Of a stretch of 19,580 nt of DNA, positions 1-9,612 are shown piece after piece. The stretch is from Pseudomonadota bacterium (lineage in GTDB: Bacteria > Bdellovibrionota > FAC87 > UBA2466): assembly GCA_043767805.1 (NCBI GenBank), contig JAYUGC010000001.1, forward strand, positions 1 through 19,580, written 5' to 3'. Below the pieces are notes generated by a model. The model saw only the letters and a list, made by a program, of their open reading frames with translations. It made no database searches and was not told the DNA's origin. The position numbers and the translations under genes were made by a program. Positions within the stretch are counted from its first letter, which is position 1, and each line of letters opens with the position of its first letter.

Positions 1-50
1 GCGACGCGAGTCTCGTAGGGACTCGAGTTCACCAAAATCTGCTTGCTCAT
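1..50 (-). CDS. Ribonuclease G/E (Rne/Rng family), N-terminal fragment running off the left window edge
   Basis: Reverse complement of 1-50 reads MSKQILVNSSPYETRVA, matching the typical Rne/Rng N-terminus (ILIN...ETRVA); GGATTAGGTAG lies just upstream of the ATG. Not in the ORF track because truncated. Confidence 0.8.
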   Translation of the reverse strand, partial: MSKQILVNSSPYETRV

Positions 51-139
51 CTACCTAATCCTGTTCTTTTTCTGACTTGTTCGGGAGCTTCTGAAGTAGC
101 TGGAATTCCCAAACTTATTAAAAGCTTACACTTATGTAA

Positions 140-168
140 GGGATAGCATCCGAGCCCGGCTAACGCAA
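140..168 (-). promoter_or_regulatory. Putative sigma70 promoter for the rne/rng gene
   Basis: Minus strand TTGCGT (168-163), 17-bp spacer ending in TGC, then TATCCC (145-140); extended -10 TG present but -10 imperfect. Confidence 0.35.
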
Positions 169-173
169 ACGAT

Positions 174-812
174 TTACCCCGAAACGCGGTCGATTCCAGC
201 TCTCAAAGTTCCCGCTTCCGTGCACACGGTTATGAGAAAATCTCCCCGTATTTCCCAGTGGATAAGGGGGTTGTGGAGAGGTAAGTGCCCGACCACTTCA
301 GTCCGGGCCCGGTAGGGGGGTGGGCCTTCGAAATCGATTTTCAGCTGAGGCATTCCGGCCTGCATGCCCATCCCCAAGGCCTTCGAAAAAGCCTCCTTCG
401 CCGACCATAGAAGGAGAGCCGGAGAGAGGCGGGAGTCTGCGGGGGGCGGAAATTTTTGGAGGAATTGCCGGTCCCGATCGCTCAGAATTCTATCTAGGGC
501 TTTGGAAGGATTTCGGGTGAGAGCCTCCACATCGACGCCCACGGGGGAGGGAGAGAGCGCCGCCACCGCCAAAAAATCCGTATGAGAAATATTGATGTAG
601 AGCGGTGGGTCAAATGCTTGGTCGACCTGCTTAAGCTCCAAGAAGCCATGTTCGGGATGGGGGACGACGGACCCGGAAACACTTCTTTTTTCAAGAGCTA
701 GACGCATGGCTTCACGGCCGGCGTCATGGTGGCTTTGCCAGGCGGCTTTGCCTTCAGCGGGAGTAAAGGATCGAAAGCCGAGAGTAAGTTGGACGGACCG
801 CGTCGTAGTCAT
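174..812 (-). CDS. 4'-phosphopantetheinyl transferase, Sfp/EntD-like family
   Basis: Motifs INISHT, VGVDVE and LWSAKEAFSKALGMG match the PPTase signatures (NxSH, GxDxE, WxxKEAxxKAxG); 212 aa fits the Sfp-like class. Confidence 0.9.
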   Translation of the reverse strand: MTTTRSVQLTLGFRSFTPAEGKAAWQSHHDAGREAMRLALEKRSVSGSVVPHPEHGFLELKQVDQAFDPPLYINISHTDFLAVAALSPSPVGVDVEALTRNPSKALDRILSDRDRQFLQKFPPPADSRLSPALLLWSAKEAFSKALGMGMQAGMPQLKIDFEGPPPYRARTEVVGHLPLHNPLIHWEIRGDFLITVCTEAGTLRAGIDRVSG

Positions 813-879
813 GGGGTCTTTTATATCAAAGGATCGCTACGGTTCCTCGCTCAAAGGACCGAAAAGATTGTGGATAGAT

Positions 880-2019
880 ATGAACCTGCTTTGGTCCATC
901 CTTTTTGCGGCACTTCTCTTCGGCGCACCCTTGCGCGCGGAGGACGCTCCTCCCCCTGAAACCGCCGACGGATCCGCCGTACTTTCTCAAGATCTCCTGG
1001 CGGGTGAAGCAGATCCGGCCGGTGGCGGAGACGCCGCCGAAGAGCGCGCGAAACTTTTGCAAAAGCTTTCGGCGAAGCTTCTCAATCACAAGGGCCAGCC
1101 CGTCTCGGTCGCGGTTTTCTCTCCTACGGATTTCACGACCTCTCAGGTGGGTATCGCGGTTTCCAATTCCCTCGTCGGCGCGCTGAAGAAATACGGCAAC
1201 CTCAACGTCCGTCAGGAAAAGTATCAGCTGGAGAACCTCACCCTCGGAGAATTCCGTAAGGGCATGGCCCAGTTTAAGGTCGACGTGCTCGTCGCCACTT
1301 CGCTTCGAAACACGACCTTCGACTTGTACATCTACGATCGCCGCACGCCTTACTACATCTACGCGCACAGCGAGCCCATTCCGGAAGCGATTCAGCTGCA
1401 AATTACGCCGGAGATAGCCAGTCAGTACGCGCGCGTGGTTTTGCGTCGGGCGATTTATCGGTACATCAACGATCAGTACTTCGAGTTGCCTCGGCAGGAC
1501 TCGGCGCCGGTTCTGCAATCGGAAATCCCGCGCTGGATTGCGAGCCCCGAATCTCTCGCGCTGATCAACCGCGAGCTGATCAGCAATTACTATTTCGCTA
1601 TATCCTCCGGTGCGGCGTTCGCTCGTCGGACTAGCTCGGGCAAGGCGTTCTGGAACTCATCGCTCCTCTCGCTTCAATTCGGCCATCGCATCTACGGAAA
1701 CCTGTTCGCCGAGCTAGGGCTCGAGAACTCGGCCTACAACAACGTCATAGGCACGCTTAAATACGTTTTCGCGAACCGTGACCATCCCTATCGTTTTGCC
1801 ATCGGCGTGGGAGCTAGTTACATCACGGCCTTCAAGGTGCTCGACGCCGACTTGAACTACACCTTCGGTTCGACGTCCATGCTGGCGCACGCGAGCTTCT
1901 CGTTCCTTTTCCCCATCGGCGACGTCTACTTGAAGATCGAAAATCGCAACTTCGTGTCTGTCGGCGGGCCCATGAAGCTGATGTTCACTTTGATGCCGGG
2001 AATTTTGATTCATTTTTAG
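880..2019 (+). CDS. Exported hypothetical protein, probable C-terminal outer-membrane beta-barrel
   Basis: ORF 706..2019; likely start is ATG 880 (avoids overlap with the PPTase gene and gives signal peptide MNLLWSILFAALLFGAPLRA-E). The C-terminal ~140 aa show alternating hydrophobic/aromatic strands and end in Phe (LMFTLMPGILIHF). Confidence 0.65.
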   Translation: MNLLWSILFAALLFGAPLRAEDAPPPETADGSAVLSQDLLAGEADPAGGGDAAEERAKLLQKLSAKLLNHKGQPVSVAVFSPTDFTTSQVGIAVSNSLVGALKKYGNLNVRQEKYQLENLTLGEFRKGMAQFKVDVLVATSLRNTTFDLYIYDRRTPYYIYAHSEPIPEAIQLQITPEIASQYARVVLRRAIYRYINDQYFELPRQDSAPVLQSEIPRWIASPESLALINRELISNYYFAISSGAAFARRTSSGKAFWNSSLLSLQFGHRIYGNLFAELGLENSAYNNVIGTLKYVFANRDHPYRFAIGVGASYITAFKVLDADLNYTFGSTSMLAHASFSFLFPIGDVYLKIENRNFVSVGGPMKLMFTLMPGILIHF

Positions 2020-2022
2020 CCC

Positions 2023-3033
2023 ATGAAACGACGAGCACACATTTTAGCGAAGTGGCCGAAGGGAGGGGTGCTCTGCGCTCTTTCCCTCAGTCTGCTTTGT
2101 GCGTCGTCGTTCGCGGCCCAGAAACGAACCCTATTGGCTCCTAAGCCGCACGCCCGCCCGCCGAGTCTCTTCCGGGGCCCGCTCCGAAGTCTCGACAGCG
2201 CCACTAACCAAGTCGCCAAGCCGGTTCCGAAGGATGGGCGCCCGGTCTCGGAAGTGCCGAGAGATCAGGTTTCTCCCGAAGGAATCTGGTACGTGGAAAC
2301 CGGCGGTAAGAGCCGGGCCGTGCGGTTACCCGCCTCCATCGATTTCCGGCAAGGTAATCTCTTCTCGGCCGAAGGCCGCTGGATCCGAGTCACGTACTTG
2401 AGCCGCAATACCCGAGAGCCGGCCTTCAAGATGGGCCGCCGCGAGAAGTTCTTCCGGGACAACTCGCTCTACACTCAAGAAGAAGCGCTTTTGAATTACG
2501 CTCAGCTCCATCTTTATCCGCGTCCCGGCGCTCACACCGCGCGCGTTGCCATCGAAGCGTGGATGGAAGATTTGGATAGCTTTCTTTCCTTGCATAGAAA
2601 CGATCCGACCGTGATTCGTCAGATCCAAAGTTTCGTTTTCAAGTTCGCCAATCAGCCGCCGCGAGGCTATCTGCCGGGCGATCAGCTCTGGGACTCACGC
2701 CGGAAATTCGCGACGTGGAATCAGTTTTTCGAGTATCCGTTCCAATACGATATGTCCGGCTCGGCCTTGATGGTCGACGGGAAACCGCTCGAAAAAATTC
2801 CCCTGTTCGTCTCTAAGGAAAAGCTGCAAGCGCTTCCCAAACTGTATCCCTATGTACTCCGCAATCTCGAGTACACCTTCGAAGCGCTTCGCACCGTGAT
2901 GCTGGAGGCCGCTGAAGGTAAGGGCGACGACGGTCTCGCGGAAATCTCGGCCATCCGCCGCAGCTATCTTACTCTAAAGCTCCTCAAAACGGGGCATGAG
3001 CTCTGGGAGCGCATGTCCTCGAACCCCCGTTAA
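2023..3033 (+). CDS. Exported hypothetical protein
   Basis: 336-aa ORF starting 3 bp after the previous stop; basic N-terminus plus hydrophobic stretch ending SFA-A (signal peptide-like); no family recognised. Confidence 0.7.
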   Translation: MKRRAHILAKWPKGGVLCALSLSLLCASSFAAQKRTLLAPKPHARPPSLFRGPLRSLDSATNQVAKPVPKDGRPVSEVPRDQVSPEGIWYVETGGKSRAVRLPASIDFRQGNLFSAEGRWIRVTYLSRNTREPAFKMGRREKFFRDNSLYTQEEALLNYAQLHLYPRPGAHTARVAIEAWMEDLDSFLSLHRNDPTVIRQIQSFVFKFANQPPRGYLPGDQLWDSRRKFATWNQFFEYPFQYDMSGSALMVDGKPLEKIPLFVSKEKLQALPKLYPYVLRNLEYTFEALRTVMLEAAEGKGDDGLAEISAIRRSYLTLKLLKTGHELWERMSSNPR

Positions 3034-3037
3034 ATCC

Positions 3038-3052
3038 CGGCGCTCCGCGCCG
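3038..3052. terminator. Small GC hairpin between convergent genes, possible terminator
   Basis: CGGCGC-TCC-GCGCCG in the 20-bp gap between the convergent stops at 3033 and 3054; no good U-tract. Confidence 0.25.
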
Positions 3053-3053
3053 C

Positions 3054-4433
3054 TTAGTCGTCGCCAGATCCCACGAGGGCATGGACAGGCACCGGATAAT
3101 CGCCGGAGAAGCAGGCGTGGCAATAGCCTTCTCCCGCGCGCTTAGAGGCGACTTCCATCAAGCCCTGGAGGCTGAGGTAGCCCAAAGTATCGGCGCCGAT
3201 GTGGTCGCGGATTTGCGCTACCGATTTGGAGGAAGCGAGAAGCTCTGAGCGAGTTGGAGTATCGATTCCGTAGAAACAGGAATGCGTCGTCGGCGGCGCG
3301 GTGATGCGTAAATGCACTTCGCGCGCGCCCGCTTCCCGCAAATGCTTGATTAGCTTTTTCGAGGTCGTTCCGCGCACGAGACTATCGTCGACGACGACGA
3401 TGCTCTTGCCCTTCACGATGGGCGCGACGGGATTGAGTTTTAGCTTCACCCCGAAATCGCGGATCGTTTGGCTCGGCTCGATGAACGTGCGGCCGATGTA
3501 GTGACTTCGCACCATTCCCATGTCGAAAGGAATGCCCGAGCGCTCGGCAAAGCCGATGGCGCCGGGGACGCCGGAGTCCGGAATGGGTATGACGACTTGA
3601 GCCCCAGGCGCGGGATGCTCTTCCGCAAGACGGGCGCCCAAAGCCTTACGCATCATGTGCACGGAATCGCCGTGATGGAGACTATCGGGCCGGGCGAAAT
3701 AAATATACTCGAAGACGCAGCGCTTACGCGGCTGCGCCACGAACGGCTTGGAAACCTCAGGTCTAGAGAGATGGTTTAAGGAATAGACGATCATCTCTCC
3801 CGGTTCCACTTCGCGCACGTAACGAGCGCCGATGAGATCGAAAGCGACCGTTTCGCTCGCGAATACCGGATTGCCGTTCAAGTCGCCCATTACGAGGGGG
3901 CGGAAACCGAACGGATCGCGAGCCACCATGAACTTATCTTTGGTGAGTACCAAAAGCGAGTATGCGCCCTGCACTTGTTTGAGAGCCGAGACCAAAGCCT
4001 TTGCGGAGTCCTTCTCACCGGACTTTGCCATGAGATGAACGATGACTTCGGTGTCGTTGGTCGAGCCGAAGATGGAACCTTGAGCCTCGAGCCTTTGAAT
4101 GAGCTCGCGGGCATTGGTCAAATTCCCATTGTGGGCGACCGACACGAAGCCCAAGTTGCTCTTGATGAGCATGGGCTGAAGATTCGCCATGGTATTGCCG
4201 CCCGCGGTGGAATAGCGGGTGTGGCCGATGGAAGCCGTGCCTTTGAGCGCCTTTAGCGTGTCTTGCGAAAATACGTCGGCGACCAGACCTTGTTGCCGGT
4301 GCGCGAAAGGCTTTTCGCCGTCGGTGGAGACGATGCCCGCCCCTTCTTGCCCGCGGTGCTGAAGCGCGTGCAAGCCCAGGTACGTTAGGTTTGCCGCCTC
4401 CTCATGGCCGGCTATTCCGAAAATAGCGCACAT
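3054..4433 (-). CDS. purF: Amidophosphoribosyltransferase
   Basis: N-terminal catalytic Cys (MCAIFG), LQHRGQE, GHTRYST, HNGNL, PRPP-binding VVVDDSLVRGTT, and Fe-S-type cysteines (RCVFEYIYFARPDS, CFYGIDT, YCHACF). Confidence 0.98.
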   Translation of the reverse strand: MCAIFGIAGHEEAANLTYLGLHALQHRGQEGAGIVSTDGEKPFAHRQQGLVADVFSQDTLKALKGTASIGHTRYSTAGGNTMANLQPMLIKSNLGFVSVAHNGNLTNARELIQRLEAQGSIFGSTNDTEVIVHLMAKSGEKDSAKALVSALKQVQGAYSLLVLTKDKFMVARDPFGFRPLVMGDLNGNPVFASETVAFDLIGARYVREVEPGEMIVYSLNHLSRPEVSKPFVAQPRKRCVFEYIYFARPDSLHHGDSVHMMRKALGARLAEEHPAPGAQVVIPIPDSGVPGAIGFAERSGIPFDMGMVRSHYIGRTFIEPSQTIRDFGVKLKLNPVAPIVKGKSIVVVDDSLVRGTTSKKLIKHLREAGAREVHLRITAPPTTHSCFYGIDTPTRSELLASSKSVAQIRDHIGADTLGYLSLQGLMEVASKRAGEGYCHACFSGDYPVPVHALVGSGDD

Positions 4434-4444
4434 CGAGTCACTCT

Positions 4445-6688
4445 CTATTCAAAAAGCGGCTGCCACCGGGCACGCCACGATTTCCGGACCGGAGCTAAAT
4501 CTTGCCGCAACAATTCGGTGCCGTTCGCGCGCACTGAGAGGCGCGCATCCGACGTCGTCGTTCCCAAGCGGGCGAGGGCGACACCGTGGCGCTTGGCCAA
4601 GGCCGCCATCTTCACGCCTTCCGCCGGCTCGTAAGCGAGAAGGACGCGAGGCACGGCTTCGCCGAAGAAAACGTTGTCGGCGCTAAGATCGCTCGGCAGC
4701 TCGATCTCGAGACCAAGACTGTCCTGGCCCGAGTGAAACAACATTTCCAGTGCCGCCGTGGCGAGCCCGCCCTCGGAAAGATCGTGAGCCGCGTACTCGC
4801 CGACTTCCGTCGGCGCTTTGCGTAGTAGCTCGATCGTTTTCTTGAGGTCGGACAAATTCGTCTCGGCCGGCTTCCCCTGATCCTGACGAAGCACGAGATA
4901 GGCCGCGCGGCTTCCGCCGAGGCCCCCTTCGGGCGCGCCGAGGAGAGCCACTTCGAGACCCGCTTTCCAAAACGCGCTCTTCGGTAGCTTATGCTCGCCT
5001 TCGATGAGTCCGACCATGCCGATCATGGGCGTCGGATAAATCGGAACGCCGTCGGTCTCGTTATAAAGGCTGACGTTGCCGGAAACGACCGGAATGCCGA
5101 GCGCGGTACACGTCTCGCAGATGCCGTCGATAGCTTCTTCGAGCTGCCACATGACGTTCGGGTTCTCGGGATTGCCGAAATTCAAACAATCCGTGATGCC
5201 GATGGGCTCCGCTCCCCGCGTCGCGAGGTTCAGCGCGCTTTCGGCGACCGCCCGCCGCCCGCCTTCGCGGGGCCAGAGATAGCACACGGTCGGATTACAA
5301 TCGGTCGCCAGCGCGAGGCGCAAAGGCGCTTCTTTCACGTCCCGAAGCCGCATGACCGCGGCGTCATCGAACGTGCCGCCCTCGGTGCGGTTACCGACCA
5401 TGGAATCATACTGCTGCACGAGGGGGCCGGGGTGTCCCCAAGCCTGATCCTCGGTGAGTCTACGGAATTTCTCGACGAAGGAGAGAGCGCCCCAGCTCGG
5501 GGTGTCGAACTCCCACATCTGCTTGAGATGACCGGGCTCTGCCTTCGGGCGTTTCGCTTTCGGCGGATTGACGACGAGATCCACGGGCATGTCGACGACC
5601 GTTTTGCCGTCTTTGGTCATGTGGACGCGATCGCCCAGGGTGACCTTGCCGATGATTTCCGCGTGGAGATCCCACTTGTCGAAAATCGCTTTCAGCGGCT
5701 CGTACTGTGCTTTGGTGCAAACCAGGAGCATGCGCTCCTGCGATTCGGAAAGAAGCAGCTCGTACGCCGACATTCCGGATTCCCGGGTGGGAATCAAATC
5801 GAGATTCACTTCGAGACCCGTGCCCGCACGGTGAGCCATCTCGAAAGACGACGAGGTAAGCCCCGCGGCGCCCATGTCTTGAATGCCGACGAGAGTTTTC
5901 GCCTGCATGGCTTCGATGGATGCTTCGAGAAGGAGTTTTTCGGTGAACGGGTCGCCCACTTGAACCGTAGGACGATCCGGCTCTTCTTCCGTCGAAAATT
6001 CTTTAGACGCCATGGTGGCGCCGTGCACGCCATCGCGGCCGGTCTTGGCGCCCACGTAGACGACGAGGTTTCCGATGCCGCTCGCGTACCCGCGGAAAAT
6101 ACCGTCGTTACGGATGAGGCCTAGGGTAAACGCGTTCACCAGAGGGTTCTGGTTATAGCAAGGATGGAAGAGCGTTTGTCCGGCTACCGTCGGCACGCCG
6201 ACGCAGTTGCCGTAATCGCCGACGCCCTTCACCACGCCTTTGACGATGGCGCGGGTGCGGCCATAGTCGACGTTGCCGAAGCAAAGGCTATCCATGTTGG
6301 CGATGGGCCGCGCGCCCATGGTGAAAATATCGCGCAAGATGCCGCCGACGCCGGTCGCCGCGCCCTGGAAGGGCTCGATGAATGAAGGATGATTGTGGCT
6401 TTCCATTTTGAAGGCGACACCCCAGCCGTGACCGATATCTAAAATGCCCGCGTTCTCGCCGGGGCCCTGAAGGACACGTTTTCCCGTCGTGGGAAAGCGG
6501 CCGAGGGCGTGCTTCGAGGACTTGTAAGAGCAATGCTCGCTGAACATGGCGGAACAAACGCCGAGCTCCGCGTAGGAGGGTGCCCGACCGAGCTGTTTGC
6601 AAACCAGTTGGTACTCGTAATCGTAGAGCCCGATTTCATCGGCCATCGCGGCCGTCGAAACTTGGGTGTCGGGAATGGAGTGCTTCAT
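4445..6688 (-). CDS. purL: Phosphoribosylformylglycinamidine synthase subunit PurL (small form)
   Basis: [78 protein letters not shown]; 747 aa. Confidence 0.98.
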   Translation of the reverse strand: MKHSIPDTQVSTAAMADEIGLYDYEYQLVCKQLGRAPSYAELGVCSAMFSEHCSYKSSKHALGRFPTTGKRVLQGPGENAGILDIGHGWGVAFKMESHNHPSFIEPFQGAATGVGGILRDIFTMGARPIANMDSLCFGNVDYGRTRAIVKGVVKGVGDYGNCVGVPTVAGQTLFHPCYNQNPLVNAFTLGLIRNDGIFRGYASGIGNLVVYVGAKTGRDGVHGATMASKEFSTEEEPDRPTVQVGDPFTEKLLLEASIEAMQAKTLVGIQDMGAAGLTSSSFEMAHRAGTGLEVNLDLIPTRESGMSAYELLLSESQERMLLVCTKAQYEPLKAIFDKWDLHAEIIGKVTLGDRVHMTKDGKTVVDMPVDLVVNPPKAKRPKAEPGHLKQMWEFDTPSWGALSFVEKFRRLTEDQAWGHPGPLVQQYDSMVGNRTEGGTFDDAAVMRLRDVKEAPLRLALATDCNPTVCYLWPREGGRRAVAESALNLATRGAEPIGITDCLNFGNPENPNVMWQLEEAIDGICETCTALGIPVVSGNVSLYNETDGVPIYPTPMIGMVGLIEGEHKLPKSAFWKAGLEVALLGAPEGGLGGSRAAYLVLRQDQGKPAETNLSDLKKTIELLRKAPTEVGEYAAHDLSEGGLATAALEMLFHSGQDSLGLEIELPSDLSADNVFFGEAVPRVLLAYEPAEGVKMAALAKRHGVALARLGTTTSDARLSVRANGTELLRQDLAPVRKSWRARWQPLFE

Positions 6689-7356
6689 CGGGTACGCTCC
6701 AAAGTCTGGCGAATGGAGCTCCAGAACTTCATGCCGTCCCGGCTACGCAAGTCGCTCGCGCGCTCGGGGTGAGGCATGGTTCCAAAGACGTTCTTCTTCG
6801 CGTTGCAAACACCGGCGATGTCGTGGGCGCTGCCGTTGGGATTTTCTCCCGAAAACGTGAAAAGGATTTGGCCGTTTTCTTTGAGGCGGGCGTACTCGGT
6901 ATCGTTGACGACGAACCGGCCATCGCCATGGGCGATGGGAATGATCAGCTCTTCGCCCGCCTTCATGCCGCGGGTCCAGGGAGAGTCCGTGTGCTCGACC
7001 TTCAGCTTGATGTCCTTGCAAACGAATTGAAGAGACTCGTTGCGGGCGAGAGCGCCCGGAAGGAGCCGCGCTTCGCACAAAATCTGAAAACCGTTGCACA
7101 GACCGAGGACCAGTCCGCCTTTACCCGCGTATTCCTTGACGGAGGTCATAACGGGAGAAAGCGCAGCCACCGCGCCGGAGCGCAGGTAATCGCCGAAGGA
7201 AAAACCTCCAGGAACGCAAACTAGGCTATACTCGCCGAGGCTCGGCGTGTCTTTGTGCCAGAGGGGCACGACGTCGAAGCCGGCGACTTCGCCTAGCGCA
7301 TAGGCCAAGTCGTCATCGCAGTTGGAGCCAGGGAAGGTGATGACTGCTGCTTTCAT
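6685..7356 (-). CDS. purQ: FGAM synthase glutaminase subunit
   Basis: [29 protein letters not shown] (catalytic Cys), IAHGDG, NPNGS, MPHPER (His/Glu); stop overlaps purL start (ATGA). Confidence 0.98.
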   Translation of the reverse strand: MKAAVITFPGSNCDDDLAYALGEVAGFDVVPLWHKDTPSLGEYSLVCVPGGFSFGDYLRSGAVAALSPVMTSVKEYAGKGGLVLGLCNGFQILCEARLLPGALARNESLQFVCKDIKLKVEHTDSPWTRGMKAGEELIIPIAHGDGRFVVNDTEYARLKENGQILFTFSGENPNGSAHDIAGVCNAKKNVFGTMPHPERASDLRSRDGMKFWSSIRQTLERTR

Positions 7357-7595
7357 CCTTGGATCTCGTATTTATAGGATTCGATGACCGGGTTCGCGAG
7401 CAGCTCGTCGCACATCTTGCGAAGATCCGTCTCGGCTTCCGAGCGCGAACCGTGAGAGAGCTGCAAATCGACCACTTTGCCGACGCGCACATCGCCGACT
7501 TTGACGAAGCCGATGCGGCGCAAGCTCTGGGCGAGCGTATTGCCCTGGGGATCGAAGACGGAGTCTTTGTAGAAAATCGTTACTCGGGCTTTCAC
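7353..7595 (-). CDS. purS: FGAM synthase subunit PurS
   Basis: 80 aa with DPQG, VRVGK and MCDELLANPVIESY; GTG start overlapping the purC stop. Confidence 0.97.
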   Translation of the reverse strand: MKARVTIFYKDSVFDPQGNTLAQSLRRIGFVKVGDVRVGKVVDLQLSHGSRSEAETDLRKMCDELLANPVIESYKYEIQG

Positions 7596-8323
7596 GGGTT
7601 TCCTCCCAATTGCGTTTCAAGGCGCCGGCAAACTTCGTGGTACGCCTCTTCGACGCCGCCTAAATCCTGACGGAACCTGTCTTTGTCCATGGGCTCGCCG
7701 GTCTTCTTGTCCCAGAGGCGGCAGCCGTCGGGGGTGAACTCGTCGGCAAGAAGCAAGTTGCCTTTGCCGTCGCGGCCGAACTCCAATTTGAAGTCGATGA
7801 GCTCAAGATCGATCTTGTCGAACACTTCCGTCATCAATTCGTTGACCTTGAAGGAGGCGGTCACCATCTGCATCAGCTCGTTCTCGCGCGCCCAGCCGAA
7901 GTAAAAGATGTGTCCCTCGGACACCAAGGGATCGCCAAGCTTGTCGTCTTTCAGAAAGAACTCGACGAGCTCGGGCTCGAACTTGCGGCCCTTCTCTAGT
8001 CCTAAGCGTTTCACGATGCTTCCCGTCGCGCGGTTACGGACCACCACTTCGATGGGAATGATTTCGACCTTGTGGACGATGGTTTCCCGGTCCGAGATCT
8101 TTTCGATCTGGTGGGTCTTCACGCCGTTTTTTTCGAGGTACGAGAACACCATGTTCGAGATGCGGTTATTCAAAAAGCCTTTGTCTTTGAGCTGGGCTTT
8201 TTTCACGCCGTTGAAGGCGGTCGCATCGTCCTTGAAGTGGACGATGTACGCCTCGGGATTATCCGTCTTGAAAACGATCTTGGACTTTCCCTCGTAAAGG
8301 GCTTCGCGCTTCTCCACTCTCAT
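7592..8323 (-). CDS. purC: SAICAR synthetase
   Basis: LYEGKSK, FKDDATAFNG, IPIEVVVRN, KDDKLGDP, DFKLEFG, LADEFTPDGCRLWD, DKDRFR. Confidence 0.98.
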   Translation of the reverse strand: MRVEKREALYEGKSKIVFKTDNPEAYIVHFKDDATAFNGVKKAQLKDKGFLNNRISNMVFSYLEKNGVKTHQIEKISDRETIVHKVEIIPIEVVVRNRATGSIVKRLGLEKGRKFEPELVEFFLKDDKLGDPLVSEGHIFYFGWARENELMQMVTASFKVNELMTEVFDKIDLELIDFKLEFGRDGKGNLLLADEFTPDGCRLWDKKTGEPMDKDRFRQDLGGVEEAYHEVCRRLETQLGGNP

Positions 8324-9612
8324 TCAAGCACCTTCTTATAGAGGTAATCGAGCTGTTGGAAATAAGCCGACGGGTCGAAAAGGTTCTTAACGGCGTCGGC
8401 GGAAAGCTGTTTGGCGACATCGGGATCTTTCAAGAGCAAATCTTTGAGCGGCGTCTTCTTGTCGAGCGCCGCATGGGAATTGCGCTGAATGATGACGTAG
8501 GCGTCGTCCCGGGAAAGCCCGGACTCGATGAGAGCGAGAAGTACTTTTTGGGAGTAGATCACGCCCTGCAGGAGATTTAAGTTCGCGTCCATGCGCTCGG
8601 GGAAAATCTCGAGGTTCTCGAGAAGGCCGTGCAGGCGAGCCAGCATGTAATCGGCGAGAAGGTTCGCATCTGGCGCGATGACTCTCTCGACGGAAGAATG
8701 GCTGATGTCTCTCTCGTGCCAAAGGGCAACGTCTTCCATGGAGGGAACGACGTAGCTGCGAAGGAGGCGCGCGAGGCCCGTGAGGTTCTCGGCCGTGATG
8801 GGGTTACGTTTGTGCGGCATCGCGGACGAGCCCTTTTGGCCCTTGGAGAAACCTTCCCGCACTTCGCCGAGCTCGGTTCTTTGCAAATGCCGAAGCTCGA
8901 TGGCGATGCCTTCGACGGTGGAGCCCATCAGGCCCAAAGCCGCAAAGTAAGCCGCGTGCCGATCGCGCGAGACGACTTGAGTCGACATGGTGTCGACGCG
9001 TAGGCCGAGGCTCGTGCAAACATGCGTTTCCACCGAAGGCGGCATGTGCGCGTAGGTGCCCACTGCGCCGGAAAGCTTACCGACGGAAATTTCTTCTTTG
9101 GCGGCTTCAATCCGCCGTTTCGCACGTTTCAATTGATCGTGCCAGAGAAGCCACTTCATGCCCATGGTAATGGGCTCCGCATGAATGCCGTGCGTGCGGC
9201 CCATCATCGGGATTTTCTTGTCGCGAAGCGCGCGGTCTTTGGTGAGAGCGAGCACTTTATCGAGCTCGATGAGGACCAGCTCCGCGGAGCGTTTCAAACG
9301 GTACGAGAAGGCGGTATCGACGACATCACTGCTGGTCATGCCCAGGTGGATGAAGCGGCCGGCGTCGCCGACGTATTTCTGAACGACCGAGACGAAAGCA
9401 GCTACGTCGTGCTTCGTCTCTTTTTCGACGTCCAAGATCTCTTTCGTGGTGAAGCGTGAATTCTCGCGGATCTGCTTCATGGCGTCCGCGGGAATTTTTC
9501 CGAGCTTCGCCCAGCCTTCACAGGCCAAGACTTCCACGTCGAGCCAGGTCTGAAACTGCGCTTCCAGCGACCAAATCGCCGCCATTTGCGGGCGACTATA
9601 GCGCTCGATCAA
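8320..9612 (-). CDS. purB: Adenylosuccinate lyase
   Basis: MIERYSRP, HDV, HLGMTSSD, GRTHGIHAEP, GAVGT, fumarase-family signature GSSAMPHKRNP, ERDISHSSVER; TTG start with GGAGG upstream. Confidence 0.98.
   Translation of the reverse strand: MIERYSRPQMAAIWSLEAQFQTWLDVEVLACEGWAKLGKIPADAMKQIRENSRFTTKEILDVEKETKHDVAAFVSVVQKYVGDAGRFIHLGMTSSDVVDTAFSYRLKRSAELVLIELDKVLALTKDRALRDKKIPMMGRTHGIHAEPITMGMKWLLWHDQLKRAKRRIEAAKEEISVGKLSGAVGTYAHMPPSVETHVCTSLGLRVDTMSTQVVSRDRHAAYFAALGLMGSTVEGIAIELRHLQRTELGEVREGFSKGQKGSSAMPHKRNPITAENLTGLARLLRSYVVPSMEDVALWHERDISHSSVERVIAPDANLLADYMLARLHGLLENLEIFPERMDANLNLLQGVIYSQKVLLALIESGLSRDDAYVIIQRNSHAALDKKTPLKDLLLKDPDVAKQLSADAVKNLFDPSAYFQQLDYLYKKVLE

Noticed and set aside
869..877. 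DnaA-box-like TGTGGATAG (1 mismatch to TGTGGATAA)
   Set aside because: Isolated imperfect copy with no box cluster, AT-rich unwinding element or dnaA context.
706..879. N-terminal extension of the 706..2019 ORF
   Set aside because: Overlaps the PPTase gene on the opposite strand; ATG 880 gives a clean signal peptide.
4991..6124. 377-aa plus-strand ORF and other long antisense ORFs across the pur operon
   Set aside because: Shadow ORFs opposite well-conserved genes, expected in GC-rich DNA; no recognisable motifs.
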